This document shows, piece by piece, positions 26,968 through 41,323 of a stretch of DNA of 64,000 nt (within the stretch, counting starts at the first letter, position 1; each line of letters opens with the position of its first letter). The notes beneath the pieces are model-generated. The model had not been told where the DNA came from and made no database searches. It worked only from the letters and a program-made list of their open reading frames with translations. Source of the stretch: Octopus vulgaris (taxonomy: Eukaryota); NCBI GenBank assembly GCA_951406725.2, contig OX597831.1:52514001-52578000 (forward strand). Reading direction: 5' to 3'. Made by a program: the position numbers and the translations under genes.

Positions 26968-28202
26968 TCAGGTCATCCCATACGTTCTGTCCGATTTTAC
27001 CTTTCTTAAAAATTGAATGAAATTTAATAGTATTTTAGAATGTCTAATGGTATTAAAAACTATTTTTATGCATTTGTGTACATTTAAATTAATTAAATAT
27101 TATTTTGCAAAATAATAGAATTAAAATTTCTTTGATTAAAACCCTTTCTAACATGGAAGTATCCAAAGAGCATTCGAGGCACATAATGCTTTATGAATAA
27201 AAGAAAGGAAAATCTGCAACCGAAGCGACTTGAAATATAGACTTAGTTTATGAGAAAGAATGCTTGAATGAAAGAACTTGGTTTGCAAAATTCAGAAGTG
27301 GAGATTTCAGCCTTGAATATGAAGATCGAACAGGACGTCCAGTTGAGTTTGATGGTAAGCTCCTTGAGGCATTACTTGAAGAAAATCTTGCATTATCAAT
27401 TGAAGAATTGACAATAAAGCTTAGTTCAAACCATACAACTGTTCATCGTCATCTTCAACAACTTGGAAATGTTCCTAAACTTGGAAAATGGGTGCCTCAT
27501 GAATTGTCCGAAAGCAACCGCCAATCGCGAGTTGACATTAGCTCTACTCTCCATTCTCGCGAACTCATTTCACCCTTTTTGGATAGACTTGTGACTGGTG
27601 ACGGAAAATGGATCTTCTATCGAAAAGTTAAACGTCATAAACAGTGGCTTGGTAAAAGGGAAAAAGCTCAACCACAACCGATTTGGTGGGATTGCAAAGG
27701 AGTAATTCACTTTGAATTGTTACCACCTAATGCAACAATCAATGCTCAAGTCTACTGTCAGCAATTAGAGCGTTTGAACCAAGCATTGAAGAAAAAGGAC
27801 CCGCTTTAGTGAATCGAAAAGGAGTGTTGTTTCATCAGGACAATACGCGACCCAACACTGCAAAGATCACTTCACAGAAGATCGAAGAGCTTGGTTGGGA
27901 AAAAATTCCTCATCCACCTTACTCTCCCGGCCTTGTTCCTTCAGAATACCATTTCTTTCGTAGTTTACAGAATCATTTGGGGGACATAACTTTCGCAAGC
28001 CAGGAGGAGGTCGAAACTGACATTTAAGAGTTCTTCACTTTGAAACCAATAAAGTTTTACATTGATGGGATTAAAAAGCTTGTAAATAGATGGAAGGAAA
28101 TCATAGATAATCAGGGAAAGTACATTGATGATTAAATTTCAACTAAATATAACATTTGATCACTTGGTTTCTTTATTCAGAATTCGGACAGAACTTATGG
28201 GA

Positions 28203-28208
<6 letters not shown>
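26968..28208 (+). mobile_element. near full-length mariner transposon with both TIRs; pseudogenised transposase (27153-28135)
   Basis: TIRs catcccatacgttctgtccga / tcggacagaacttatgggatg. Protein MEVSKEHSRHIMLYE*...WFAKFRSGDFSLE...WVPHEL...LVTGDGKW...HQDN...HPPYSPGLVPSEY, with stops, a frameshift near 27809 and a short internal deletion; flanked by TA-rich repeats. Confidence 0.95.
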
Positions 28209-28252
<44 letters not shown>

Positions 28253-28262
28253 TACATATATA

Positions 28263-28311
<49 letters not shown>

Positions 28312-28588
28312 AGCAGTATCGCCCGGCGTTGCTCGGGTTGTAAGGGAAATAACTATATAAGCATTTTTAGAGAGTTATAGCCAAAAAGTAGCAAAAAAAT
28401 GCATTAAAAATTGAAAAAAAATTAAGGTAAATTTTTCTTTAAATCGTTGACACATCGTAGATATTTTTAGAGAGTTACTTCCCTTATATAAAAGCGAAAA
28501 AAATGCATTAAAATGGAAAAATATGATGGTAATTGTTTTTTAAATCGTAGACTCATCGTAGACGCGCGCTAATACCCAGAAGGGCTCG

Positions 28589-29076
28589 TTTGTTATTCTG
28601 GGTAACTTTCTGTAAAATTATTAAAATTTTGTTCAAACATCGCTATAGAAAATGGGTTATTAGCTAATATTCAATTGGGTATACAACAAAATTTTACGAT
28701 AGAATTTGTTATTCTGGGTAACTTTCTGTAAAATTATTAAAATTTTGTTCAAACATCGCTATAGAAAATGGGTTATTAGCTAATATTCAATTGGGTATAC
28801 AACAAAATTTTACGATAGAATTTGTTATTCTGGGTAACTTTCTGTAAAATTATTAAAATTTTGTTCAAACATCGCTATAGAAAATGGGTTATTAGCTAAT
28901 ATTCAATTGGGTATACAACAAAATTTTACGATAGAATTTGTTATTCTGGGTAACTTTCTGTAAAATTATTAAAATTTTGTTCAAACATCGCTATAGAAAA
29001 TGGGTTATTAGCTAATATTCAATTGGGTATACAACAAAATTTTACGATAGAATTTGTTATTCTGGGTAACTTTCTG
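28589..29076. repeat. 116-bp tandem repeat, about 4.2 apparently identical copies
   Basis: tgttattctgggtaac recurs at 28591, 28707, 28823, 28939 and 29055. Confidence 0.95.
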
Positions 29077-29362
29077 ATACCCATAATAATATTTATGGCA
29101 AAATAGGCCTTAATTTCATTTAAGATTGTGGGAAATAACAAACTATCCTTTCTTTCGGTTTGTTTACGTTTAGCGTAATGATTTCAAATAGGCTCATTCG
29201 AAAAAGTAAATAGAAATAGTCTAAGGCTTTACTCTTCTGGGAAAGTCTGTGGCTAGGTCCAGTTTCTTCAGAAAACTCACCGAAAGAAACAGTTTTTAAA
29301 TTTTCACTCCATTCAGGTACCAATTCGTTTTCTTTATCGCTGTCGGATTCACTGTTTTCACT
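29052..29362 (-). pseudogene. piggyBac (PGBD4-like) transposase N-terminal fragment
   Basis: SESDSDKENELVPEWSENLKTVSFGEFSEETGPSHRLSQKSKALDYFYLLF..SLFEII then, after a frameshift, PTILNEIKAYFAINIIMGIRKLPRITN, matching piggyBac 'PLDYFxLFF' and 'EIKAFxGxxIxMGIxKLP' motifs. Confidence 0.8.
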
Positions 29363-29673
29363 TTAATAGCTGCCAACTTGCAAAGACAAAGGAGGAGAAG
29401 GGTGATAGCGTCAGTGAAACAATTCGCTCCCTTTGTGTGTGTGTGCGTTTGCGTGTGGTGTAAACCAGACTAAGAAAAGCATTTGACACACACACCAGAA
29501 TGTGAGTTTTCTGTAAATTTTGCTTAATTGGAGTTTAAATTTTAAAAACTGGACCTGGCATGACGCGATGCATTGTACTCTCAAAAATGCCAGGTAAATT
29601 GTAATTGAAGAAATCCTATATTGTAGATTTCTATAACTCCCAAGGAGGCAGATAAAATCTGCCTTTTATAATA

Positions 29674-29724
<51 letters not shown>

Positions 29725-30119
29725 TGTATGTCTGTATGTATCGGCTGGGGTCTGACTATACACCATAAAACTAAACCCTTTATGGACGGGAAACCCACGG
29801 TAATCCCATGAACCTGCATCCACCATTAATGTATGTGCGTGTGTGCGTGTGTATGAATGTAACTGTATATATATATATATATATATAACTTGACAGAGCA
29901 ATAAACATTAATATACATACACATGTGCGTATGCGTGTGTATGGATCTGTATGATATACATAAATACAAACACATATACATACATACATACACCATGCAT
30001 ACATACATACATACATACATACATACATACATACATACATACATACATACATGCATACATACATACATACATACATACATACATACATACATACATACAT
30101 ACATACATACATACATACA

Positions 30120-30151
<32 letters not shown>

Positions 30152-30620
30152 GTTGTCATAAAGCAGTCGCACAATTTAAATTTGTATAACTTTAGTTCTA
30201 CATAAGACTGGAATTAATTTTGTCGAAAGGATAAACGAAAGAATTTGTTTCATTTTTTAATAACCTTATTCTTGAGATTGTTAATTTTCACAAACCATAT
30301 TACCATTCCATTGTCCTGGAAATACATTTTGTTGTTGACTTTTCAGTTATTCAGCGAATTACATTAGTTATCCTGCTTCTGCAAGCCACATCGCAAACGA
30401 GGGTTCGATGAACAAATAATGTTCTTTAGATGACCCCATTAAATAATTTGAAATCCTTGTTAATTAAAAATAATACGTATGAACAATTATAATTAATATC
30501 TTTTTTTCTATTTATTGACGACAATAAAAATAAATGAGTTTAGCATCTTAATGTTCCTTTTCAATTAATTTTATTATTTAGAAGTTTAAAACTAAAATTC
30601 AGAATATAACGCCTTAAAAA

Positions 30621-30652
<32 letters not shown>

Positions 30653-30654
<2 letters not shown>

Positions 30655-31245
30655 GGGTAAGGTGAATAAACTGTCGTCTAAATTACGCAAAAATGAAAAT
30701 AACACTGACATCTCATTTTAACAGATATATTTACCAAAATTACATTAAAATATCTTGAAATTCTATAGAGTAAATTTATTCAATAAAATCGTCATTAACT
30801 TCAACCACGACTTCCAGACGATTTCGGAATCTCCTACAACTCTTCTGGTTGATCTTTTTGTTTAAGTTGGTGAATGCTGCCGTAATCCTTGCCTTCAGTT
30901 CATCTTTGGTGTTACAAGGAGTTTTGTGGGTCTTTCGCTCAACTGCACCCCACGCCTAAATATCAAGGGGATTGCAGACGGGGGAGTTAGGTGACCAGAT
31001 GTTAGAGGTATTGTGGGCGCAGAAATTGTCTGACAGCTATGAGTGGGTTCTCCTGCTTGTGTAGCATGGTGCAGAGTCCTGTTGCAAGATATAGGGTCTT
31101 CCAGCAGTCACCCTCTTGATCCAGGGAAGCACTACCTCCTCCAGGCCCTCGATGTAGGCCTCTGTGTTAAAGTCTGAGGCTATGTGGAAAGATGAATGGA
31201 GGCATAATATCGCCATCACTAGTGATCACTCCAAACACTATCCTG
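30653..31245 (-). mobile_element. maT/DD37D Tc1-mariner superfamily transposon, 3' half remnant
   Basis: LEEVVLPWIKRVTAGRPYILQQDSAPCYTSRRTHS*LSDNFCAHNTSNIWSPNSPVCNPLD has 37 codons between the second and third catalytic D; TIR-like end cagggtaaggtgaataaa next to (TA)n. Confidence 0.88.
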
Positions 31246-31526
31246 TTGATTGAATTAGTTTAATAAACAAAAGTTTAACACCCAAAAATGTATAAAAATA
31301 AGAAAGTCTTCCTCGATGCTTAGTCGTGTTCCTATGAGGGACCCATTTCGTTTTTTGTTGTTTTTTTCGTGCACACAATGGCAATCAATCATTCGAGTTT
31401 AATTCATTTTTGCTGCCCAGATTTTCTTTACGTTGCACCATTTGTACAATAAAATCGTAATTTTGTAATATTCAGTAATTTCTTTTTAAAAAATTTATTC
31501 AGTACTCTAGTTATCCCAGCATGTAT

Positions 31527-31850
31527 TTAAAGACTCCGCCGGTTACGACGACGAGGGTCCCAGCTGATACGATCAACGGAACAGCTTGCTCGTGAAATTA
31601 ACGTGCAAATGGCTGAGCATTCCACAGACACGTGTACCCTTAACGTAGTTCTCGGGGATAATCAGCGTGACACAGAGAGTGACAAGGCTGACCCTTTGAA
31701 ATACAAGTACAACTCATTTTTGCCAGCTGAGTGGACTGGAGCAACGTGAAATAAAGTGTCTTGCTCAAGGACACAACGCGTCGCCGGGAATCGAACTCAC
31801 AACCTTACGATCATGAGCCGAATGCCCTAACCACTAAACCACGCGCCCTC
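31527..31850 (-). mobile_element. tRNA-derived SINE family C with 13-bp TSD
   Basis: Minus strand: ggcgcgtggtttagtggttaggg (A box), gagttcgattcc (B box), gtgtccttgagcaagacac core; TSD tcccagcatgtat at 31514-31526 and 31851-31863. Confidence 0.9.
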
Positions 31851-32629
31851 TCCCAGCATGTATAAGTGTGAACCAATATCATTTGATATCTGACTAAATA
31901 TTATATGTATACTCGAAAGAGGGGAAAAGAAAAGTGTTGTTGCCGAATCTGTAGAATTTCCAGCGACAACTTCAAAGCCGTAATGAAATAATCTCACAAG
32001 CAAAATGTGAAATTTAAGTGAGCGCAATGTTTGCTTGTAACTCAAACTCACCCGCAGTAAAATCATGGAGAATATGGAAATAATCTTAGGTGTTGGAGTG
32101 AATGATATATCAGGGTAAGGTTTGCTATTTCCCACAGTCCTTATCAAGCAAAAGGACGCAAACTTTATTGAATAAGTTGAAACAATAAGAAACTGAAAAG
32201 AGTCATCCAAATTTTTGATGCTTCTTACGGTTGGTTGGAAAAGTTTAAGAAATTATCTAATATCTATAGTCTTCGGCTATAACAATTAGAAAGTACTGAC
32301 ATCCATAGAAGATCGTAGTTTCCTGAACAATTAAGAAGGGTGAATTAAACATCCACACAAACCTAACATATAGTTAAGAGAAATGCAGCTTATCTTTGGA
32401 AACGTTTACCTCTCAAAAGAGGCAAAAATAAATAAGAGTATAGTGCAATGAAAGAATTGAAATTCTAGTCACTCTTTGTTTATTATTCAGATGTTTTGAA
32501 GCAACGAAAGCCAACCCCATATATCGTGTTTTATGGAATTGTTACGGGAAGTTTGTAAGAAGAAGGCTAAGCTGTTGATGCCTCGAGCCATTTCTATCAA
32601 CTAAGCATCTAACGACAATGTTTTCATTT

Positions 32630-32895
32630 TTTCTTTTATCTTTCACTTGTTTCGGTCATTGGATTGTGGTTATCCTGAGGCACCGCCTTGAAGGGTTTTA
32701 CTCGATCAAATCGACACAAACACACACACGCATACATCATGGGCTTCCACGCAGTTTCTGTCTACCAAATCCACTCACTGCGCATTCGTCGGCTCGAGGA
32801 TAGAGTAGAGGATACTTGCTCAAGGTACCGTGCAGTGGGACTAAACCTGAAGCTACGTGATTGTAAAGCTAACTTCTTTACCACACAGCCATGTT
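32630..32895 (-). mobile_element. degraded SINE family A
   Basis: Reverse complement of head and tail motifs; a 5' half copy lies at 33268-33470(+). Confidence 0.65.
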
Positions 32896-33180
32896 TCGTA
32901 TTTCTACTAGTTACAGAAACTATAGGAAGTTCGCACATGTTTAGTTAGTGAATCACGTATAATTTTGTTCAAAGAACATTCTATCGGAGCATTGTATACT
33001 TATTTCAATTATTAATAGAACATATGTTCATACAAAAGATGTAGGCTTTACCTTCCACTAATAGCGAAGCTTCTGATAGCCAACAAAAGAAAAATGGAAC
33101 ACAAAAATGGCATTAATCGAGTTATTGGTGTGCATATGACATAGGCATCAGACACGTACGCGCTTACACACATGTATGTG

Positions 33181-33272
<92 letters not shown>

Positions 33273-33478
33273 GGCTGTGTGGTAAGAACCTTGCTTCTCA
33301 ACTACATGGTTCCGGGTTCAGTCCCACTGTATGGCATTTTTGGCAAGTGTTTTCTATTATAGCCTCGAGCCGACCAAAGCCTTGTGAGTGGATTTGGTTG
33401 ACGGAAACTTGAACAAACCTGCCGTATATGTATATATGTGTGTGTGTGTGTGTGTATGTGTGTGTGTGTGTAAGTATG

Positions 33479-33548
<70 letters not shown>

Positions 33549-33780
33549 TAGGGCCGATTTCCTGGTTGGTTTCCGTGGTGCATATATCCACTGCCATGGA
33601 CAGGACGTCAATCCATGATGGCGGAGGATATATCAAAGGTACTTCCCGGGCCATAGACTCGTAAGACCGGTTTCACAGATTCTGTCGCACATATGTTCCC
33701 CATTCTGAACGGGAAGCCGGTCCGTAGCAGGATTACTCATTTTTGCTGGATGCGTAGACTGGAGTAACATGAATGTATGA

Positions 33781-33960
33781 GTGACCGCTCTGTCCGGCAT
33801 TCGCCATGATAGATCGCTAGCCACTAAACTTTTTTTTGTTTTCTCTCCCTGTTTATTTCTGTGTTCTTTTCTATCGAAGAGCGTAAGCTCAAAACATAAA
33901 AGACTTTCTCACTTCCCGAGCGTTAAACTAATACATGTTTGTTTACACACTCGTCTTCAT
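33781..33960 (+). mobile_element. pLTR-like repeat family P2 (degenerate hammerhead)
   Basis: Aligns by eye with 13424-13610; core decayed to ctatcga...aaaa. Confidence 0.7.
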
Positions 33961-33983
33961 CTATATATTTATAGATAAATAAG

Positions 33984-34175
33984 TTTCTTTATTGGCCACA
34001 CAGGGCTGCACACAGATGGGACAAGTTACAAGGTAGAGCTTTTCTTTTGGGGGATGAAAAAAACAAAAAACAAAACAAAACAAAAAAAGGGAGGTGGCGT
34101 AGGTTTTCGATCAAGAGGGATCGTAAAAGGTAAGAAAAGAACAAAAAAAAAATAAATAAATAAAATTTAAAAAAT
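33984..34175 (-). mobile_element. Tx1/L1-like LINE 3' UTR fragment next to (GATA)n
   Basis: Matches the first part of 42328-42810. Confidence 0.65.
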
Positions 34176-34229
<54 letters not shown>

Positions 34230-34732
34230 TTACACGTACGTACATACATACATGCATACATACATACATACATACATACATACATACATACATACATACA
34301 TACATACATACATACATACATACATACATACTATTGAACCTTTATTTCGAGATATATGGGTTGTAACTGAGAAGTGTCTCGGAACGAGCCCAAGACGAAC
34401 GATAATTGAAGAGGTAAACTCAGAAACAAAATTTAGATCAATCTGCAAATTCCCAAACGGTAAACACATAGCCGTAACATTTTTTAAATATTTTTAAAAA
34501 TACATATACATTAATACATATTAATACAGATCAATGTAAATCTTTATATATATAAAGCATAACATATAAGTATATAAATAAAAATATAAATTGAAAGAAC
34601 GTAAAAATAGGCGAGTTGTAGATATGGAGAGAGCATACGAAAGAGATGAGCAAATAACTACATTACTAGAACAGATCAAAAATTTACAATTACGAATTAA
34701 TAATTAAGAATAAAGTCCCCTTATTAGAGGAA

Positions 34733-34789
34733 GTCCATTCTACAGCCGTTTCTGGAGTAAGAAAAAAGTTCAAAAGTTTTACTCATCCT

Positions 34790-34790
<1 letters not shown>
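34733..34790 (-). ncRNA. truncated hammerhead-like motif
   Basis: Minus strand gagtaa...ttactc-ca-GAAA-cggctg-TA-gaatgg; the upstream CUGANGA box is cut off by (TA)n. Confidence 0.4.
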
Positions 34791-34869
<79 letters not shown>

Positions 34870-36415
34870 TATACACATACATACATACATACATACATAC
34901 ATACATACATACATACATACATACATACATACATACATACATACATCGCAGACATGTTCCCTGGGTGGACAAGGAAACCAGTGCAAAGCCTAGTCCACTT
35001 TCTCCTCGTAATTATGTAACCTTAAGTGGTGAACAGTGTGCTATATATCAGGGTTGCGATAATGCAAAACTGCGACGTAAGGAATGCTTATGCCCCCTAA
35101 CGCCGCAGTCCACATCATATGTGAAGTCCCCGACGCCGAAGTTTATCGAATTTTACTAAACAGATTCTGTTTTGCGCTTATATTTTTAGAAAGATAAAGT
35201 GTGATGTGAAAGAAACTTGACTACTTGTTCTAATAAATTTAGTAAGCATGTAGAAGCTTCGTTTAATATTTGTACAACGGAACTAATAAGCAGGGGAGGT
35301 TTGAGTTAATAATTGCATAGATATTTCTCAGTTGACTGCAGTTTTTCAATTCAATACATTTCATCTGTGGAACCTTTTGACTTTAAATACCAAATCTTCT
35401 CCAATCTGGATTGTGTATTTATATTAGATTATCCGAAAATTTCAGTCAGCTGATCTTACTAGAATTATCTCCTCCGCTGGTTGCCTTTTATGTTAAAACA
35501 AATCTATTCTTATGCACATCGACTTTATTCTAAAAGAAAATTTCGATTGGCTGATATTATTAGTGTTGCCTGCTTTACTGGTGATTTTTAAGATCTTAAA
35601 CACTCCTGTGGGGAGTTTCTGCCTACTAATTACTTAGATAATCTCAGTTGATTGCAATTTGTTTTACTCATTAAATCATTACATATGTGAGTCGCTATCA
35701 TATTTGTATTTAATGTGCAAAACGCTCCCGCCACCTCTTCACAAGAGATATTTTCTCTGGTCACATTGTTAACCTGATCAGTCAAGATACACATCTTCCT
35801 CTGAATACATCATCTGGCTCACACACACTCTCTCTCGCTCTTTCTTACTCTCTCTCTCTCTCTCTCTCTCTCTCTTGCAATACACACTCTTTCTTCTACT
35901 CTCTTTCTTTGTCCTTCTCTCACTTTTCTCTCTCTTTCTCTCTCACGCCTTTCCTTTCTTCTCTTTGCTGTCAATAAGATTAGCTATGAAGTAGTTTATC
36001 TGATTTAGACATCATTGTGTTAGGTGATGTTACACGACCAATGTCTGTATTAATGGCAACACAATGCAATCCTTGCTTTTATGTACGTTTCTGTAAGTAT
36101 GTGTGTATATATGTATGTGGGTGTGCTTGTATTTACATCACTATCTACCTATCACTTTCTCTCTTTTTCTCCCTCTCTCTCTCTATATATATATATGTGT
36201 GTATGTGTGTACATACATACATACATACATACAAATATATATATGCATATATATAATATATATATACATACACATATATGCATACATATATACATATATA
36301 ATGTATTGTATATGTATGTAAGTATGTATGTATGTATGTATGTATGTATATAAATGCATATGTTATGCATATAAACTATCTATATAATGTTATACATATA
36401 TACAAATACACATAC

Positions 36416-36450
<35 letters not shown>

Positions 36451-36614
36451 ACCAAAGATGCATATTTATAGATACATACATATGTACATATAAATACATA
36501 TTTATATGTGTATGCATGTGTGTTTGTGTATGTTTGTGTACATATATATATGTACATCGTGTTAGTAATGGATACACACATACACACACACATATATATA
36601 TACGCATACACACG

Positions 36615-36671
<57 letters not shown>

Positions 36672-36740
36672 GAACACGCTCACCTATACAAGTGTATATA
36701 TATATATATGTATGTATCTACCTGTCTATCTATCTATCTA

Positions 36741-36808
<68 letters not shown>

Positions 36809-37162
36809 GTGAGTGAGTGTCTGTAAAAGGATGTATGCATATATATGTGTACACACACACTGTACATTGTACGACAATACTGGCAAAGTATATTAATTGC
36901 TTAATTAATAGTCTACTACCCATGGTTCTTCTTTTAGGATAATGCAACGTAAATCTTTAATAAACGTACAATTTGTTGTCATTGGGAAGTTGCTGCACCA
37001 CATATTGATTTCTGCATTGGATGAGAGTGGGGTTTAATATGACTCGGCTGTGAGTTTGATGTATTTACTGGCGTGCAATGTACAATGTAAATTACAGTAT
37101 ATGTTTCATACATACGTATACATACACATACACGTATGTATGCATGTATATATGTGTATGTG

Positions 37163-37234
<72 letters not shown>

Positions 37235-37235
<1 letters not shown>

Positions 37236-37550
37236 ATAAAATACAAAATGGGACAAGAACGCAAAACCTCCGGACATCTAGGTGATACAAAAAGGGAGAA
37301 CAAAACATCCAGATAGACGATACAAAAAAACAAGGATTGGTCATTGAAGCCTTTTATCCTCAGTCAAGAATCGTATCATCCTCGCAATTTCGGCTGATTA
37401 ATCTTGAGATTACTACAATCTGGTCAGCCCCAAGGAAAAACTAAGCTAAGAGCAAGATTCCTTGGAAAAAAGCATCGAATGTATACGAAAACAAGGACGG
37501 AAAAACAGACAATGTTACACGAATATAAATACAAAAATACAATAAAAATA
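37235..37550 (-). mobile_element. pLTR-like repeat family P1
   Basis: Shares caaaatgggacaagaacgc...atttcggctgattaatcttgagatt...ccaaggaaaaactaagc with the other P1 copies. Confidence 0.7.
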
Positions 37551-37734
37551 ATATATATATAAGTGAGAGAAAAAGAAAATGGAATTCACGAGATTCTTTG
37601 TTAATCATAACGATTGTTAGGTAGATCCAGAGGCATTTATATCAATACTATGGATGACATCAAGTAGCCATAGACAGTGAAAGTGGTTTAATCGGCATAC
37701 TACGAGGTGTACACCTAAGGTTTAAATAACTACT

Positions 37735-37831
<97 letters not shown>

Positions 37832-37853
37832 CACATAAATGCATGTATCTACA

Positions 37854-37909
<56 letters not shown>

Positions 37910-37912
37910 CTG

Positions 37913-38107
37913 TATCAGGACAATTACTCCCCTCCCCCATAGGACAATTCACCCGACGACAACTACCCCCTGGCACAATCACCCCCCTCCCTTGATTAAT
38001 TACTTTCTCTCCAATATATTAAGACGTTTTAAATTATCATCTGTTGTCTTCAGGGGTAATTGTCCTTGGGGAGTTATTGTCCGTGGGGAGGGGGGTAAAT
38101 ATCCTAG
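37913..38107. mobile_element. MITE/Helentron-like element with repeated ggacaatt-cccc motifs in inverted orientation
   Basis: Left: ggacaattactcccc, ggacaattcaccc; right: ggggtaattgtcc, ggggagttattgtcc. Confidence 0.55.
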
Positions 38108-38119
38108 GCACGTATATAC

Positions 38120-38150
<31 letters not shown>

Positions 38151-38343
38151 TATATATATATATCCATATATGTACATATACATACATATATGTGTAGATC
38201 TGTGTGTGTGAGTGTGTGTCCGTTGAAGGGTAAGCAGGGCAGAACTTTGAAGTCGCTGTCAACACTATTCTTGATAAAAAGATATATTTTTTAGATATGT
38301 TCTCAGCAAAAATTATTCAGTAATCCTTCAGTTTAATGCAATA

Positions 38344-39057
38344 CTAGGTCGTAAACTGTTGCAACGCTGCCGGTAAAAATATTTGTTAATCATGCACGTA
38401 CTCGCATAAATTTTTCAAATAACGTTCAGATTGACTTTTCCGGTGAAGAACTGTTTGAATACAGTTGAACAATAACATTTATTTAAAATACTTTTCTTAT
38501 ATTCTATAGAATAAGTATATTCATTAAATAATATCTCATAAAACAACATTCCTTGTCAAAGTCCTTTTTTCCAGCATTTGGCTTTTTCCTTTTTCCAACG
38601 CTTCTTGGCTGTTCTGTCGAATTCTAGTTGGTCTACATATATGCGTTGCTTTTCAGGATCTCCCACTCTACTATTAGCAACATAAAATGTTCCTTCTATG
38701 AATAGTAGATCAGGTAGATACAATCCACAGCTTTCTGAACTATTTTTTTTTAAGTGTTTCGCGCTGTTGACAGACTTGCACTTATGATTCTCACGTTTTT
38801 AATCAAAACATGTTAGTTACTATGGTGACAACACTACCTATATAGCACTCGCTCTATCTCTCTCTCTCTCTCCCTGATTTTTTCTCTCTGCCTCTCCCTC
38901 AATCTCTTTCTGTCTCTCCTTCAATCTCTTTCTGTCTCTCTCTCTCGCACTGTATGTCTCTCCCAACAACAACCTCTCCTCCCCTTCTACCTTTCTTTTA
39001 CATGTATGTTGTGACGGACAAACAAACGGAGATCAGCTTGACCCTTATAATATAAGA
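38344..39057 (-). mobile_element. internally deleted Helitron retaining the helicase C-terminus
   Basis: A|TCttatattataag...ccggcagcgttgcaacagtttacgacCTAG|T; about 38640-38735 encodes SCGLYLPDLLFIEGTFYVANSRVG, resembling the Pif1/RepHel motif GLYLPxPVFxHGQLYVAxSRV. Confidence 0.8.
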
Positions 39058-39098
39058 TTTTTTAAAATTATAACTAGATATAAAAACAAACATTAACT

Positions 39099-39725
<627 letters not shown>

Positions 39726-40622
39726 TGTATGTATGTATGTATGCATGCAGATTCACATCTAGGGATGGATGTATTCATATAGCTAGGTACTAGATATATA
39801 CATAAGTATATGCGTACATTGAAGTTGAAGATACTCAGAGAAGATCACTGAGAGGGACCGGGGCATTAGGATAGCAAAGTCGACCAGAATAGCCCAATGA
39901 ATAACCTATATGAGCAATTATTAATTTATTTATTAGCATTTTCCTTGCGGACGGTGAAGAAAATTAAAGATTTAATGTAACGGCAATTATTTGCATCTCT
40001 GTAGAAAAACAGGAGATAATTTCAGTCTTATTTTGGAAAATGATTCATTTAGTTTAATTTTCTTCATCTCGGGTTGTCATTCTGACGATTTCTGATATAA
40101 ACGAAATGGCTCTATACATAATTACCTATATCTAGAAATTTTATTACATTTGTAATGAGTAAAAAAAGAATTAATTATATATATGGTATGTATCTTCTTC
40201 CTTGGTCTCTGATCGAGAATTCAAAATTCTAATCCCGCCAAGATTTATCTAGAAATTATCTTCCTTACACAGACTGGCCACCCAAGCACTCCATGTATTT
40301 CAAATTAAGTTTCTACTCATCGTTAGATTAACTCACTCAGGAATAAAGAACTATTTTACCTTTGTTTTGCCAGCGATAAATAACTATGGATGCATATTCG
40401 GTTTCGATTTGGATTCTTCAGTTTAGTATACTCCTTTGTACTCTGAACATATATATCGACATTTTAACATACCAAAACTGTTTAGAACGTTCTTGTAAAG
40501 GCTAATTTGCATAATTAAAACCGAAAGGAGCGAAGAGAAAATCACTCAAAGCGACTTGTGGTAAGAATTTGGATAACAAACGCAGGCAATGTCTATGCAT
40601 ATATATATATATATATATATAT

Positions 40623-40683
<61 letters not shown>

Positions 40684-41323
40684 CATGTATGTATGTATGT
40701 ATGTATGTATGTATGTATGTATGTATGTGTGTGTGTGTGTGTGTGTGTGAATTTATATATGTTTGTGTATGTTTGTATAATATCTGCCACTAACCTTATC
40801 TCCAGTAAACAAATACACATTTCCTGCCCCTCAACCTCCTTCTCTTCCTTTCTTTGCCTCCTCCTCACCATCGTAATCACAACCATCATAGTACTCACCC
40901 CCCCTATCACTACCACCGTCATCCCATCATCCATCCCATCATCACCATCATCATCATCATTCGATCATCATCATCAACATCACCACCGCCACCCCACCAC
41001 CCCACCATCATCATCATCATCATCATCGTTGTCATAGTTACTAGAGGAAGAAAACAGCATCAATAAACTTATATATTGTATGAACTACATGCCTCCGTCA
41101 TTACCACCAGCACCAACCCCACCGCTTCACGGCCACCGCCGCCACCGCCACCATCACCTTCACTACCGCCATCACCACCACCACCACCATCGTTACCACT
41201 ACCATCTCCACTAGCAAGCACCAGCTCCACCGCCGCCACCATCACCATCAACACCATTTCCACCACTACCACCACCTACAATAAATTCCGTCACTTCTAC
41301 ACTAACCATTGCAAACACCACCC

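Larger units (their letters stand above)
28310..29678 (-). mobile_element. composite non-autonomous Helitron
   Basis: Its 3' end (cccgagcaacgccgggcgatactgCTAG) is nearly identical to that of the 21110 element; putative 5' end A|TCtcttattataaaaggcag at 29678. Confidence 0.7.

Noticed and set aside
27264-28027. Mariner ORFs as an active or domesticated (SETMAR-like) transposase
   Set aside because: Upstream in-frame stops, a frameshift, an internal deletion and an altered catalytic motif (YSPGLVPSEY); no SET domain.
28589-29076. Regularly spaced repeats resembling a CRISPR array
   Set aside because: Whole 116-bp units are identical with no unique spacers, there are no cas genes and the context is eukaryotic.
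31865-32600. Possible further R4/Dong-like coding relic (also about 20790-21060)
   Set aside because: Only faint motif echoes amid many stops; cannot be supported by eye.
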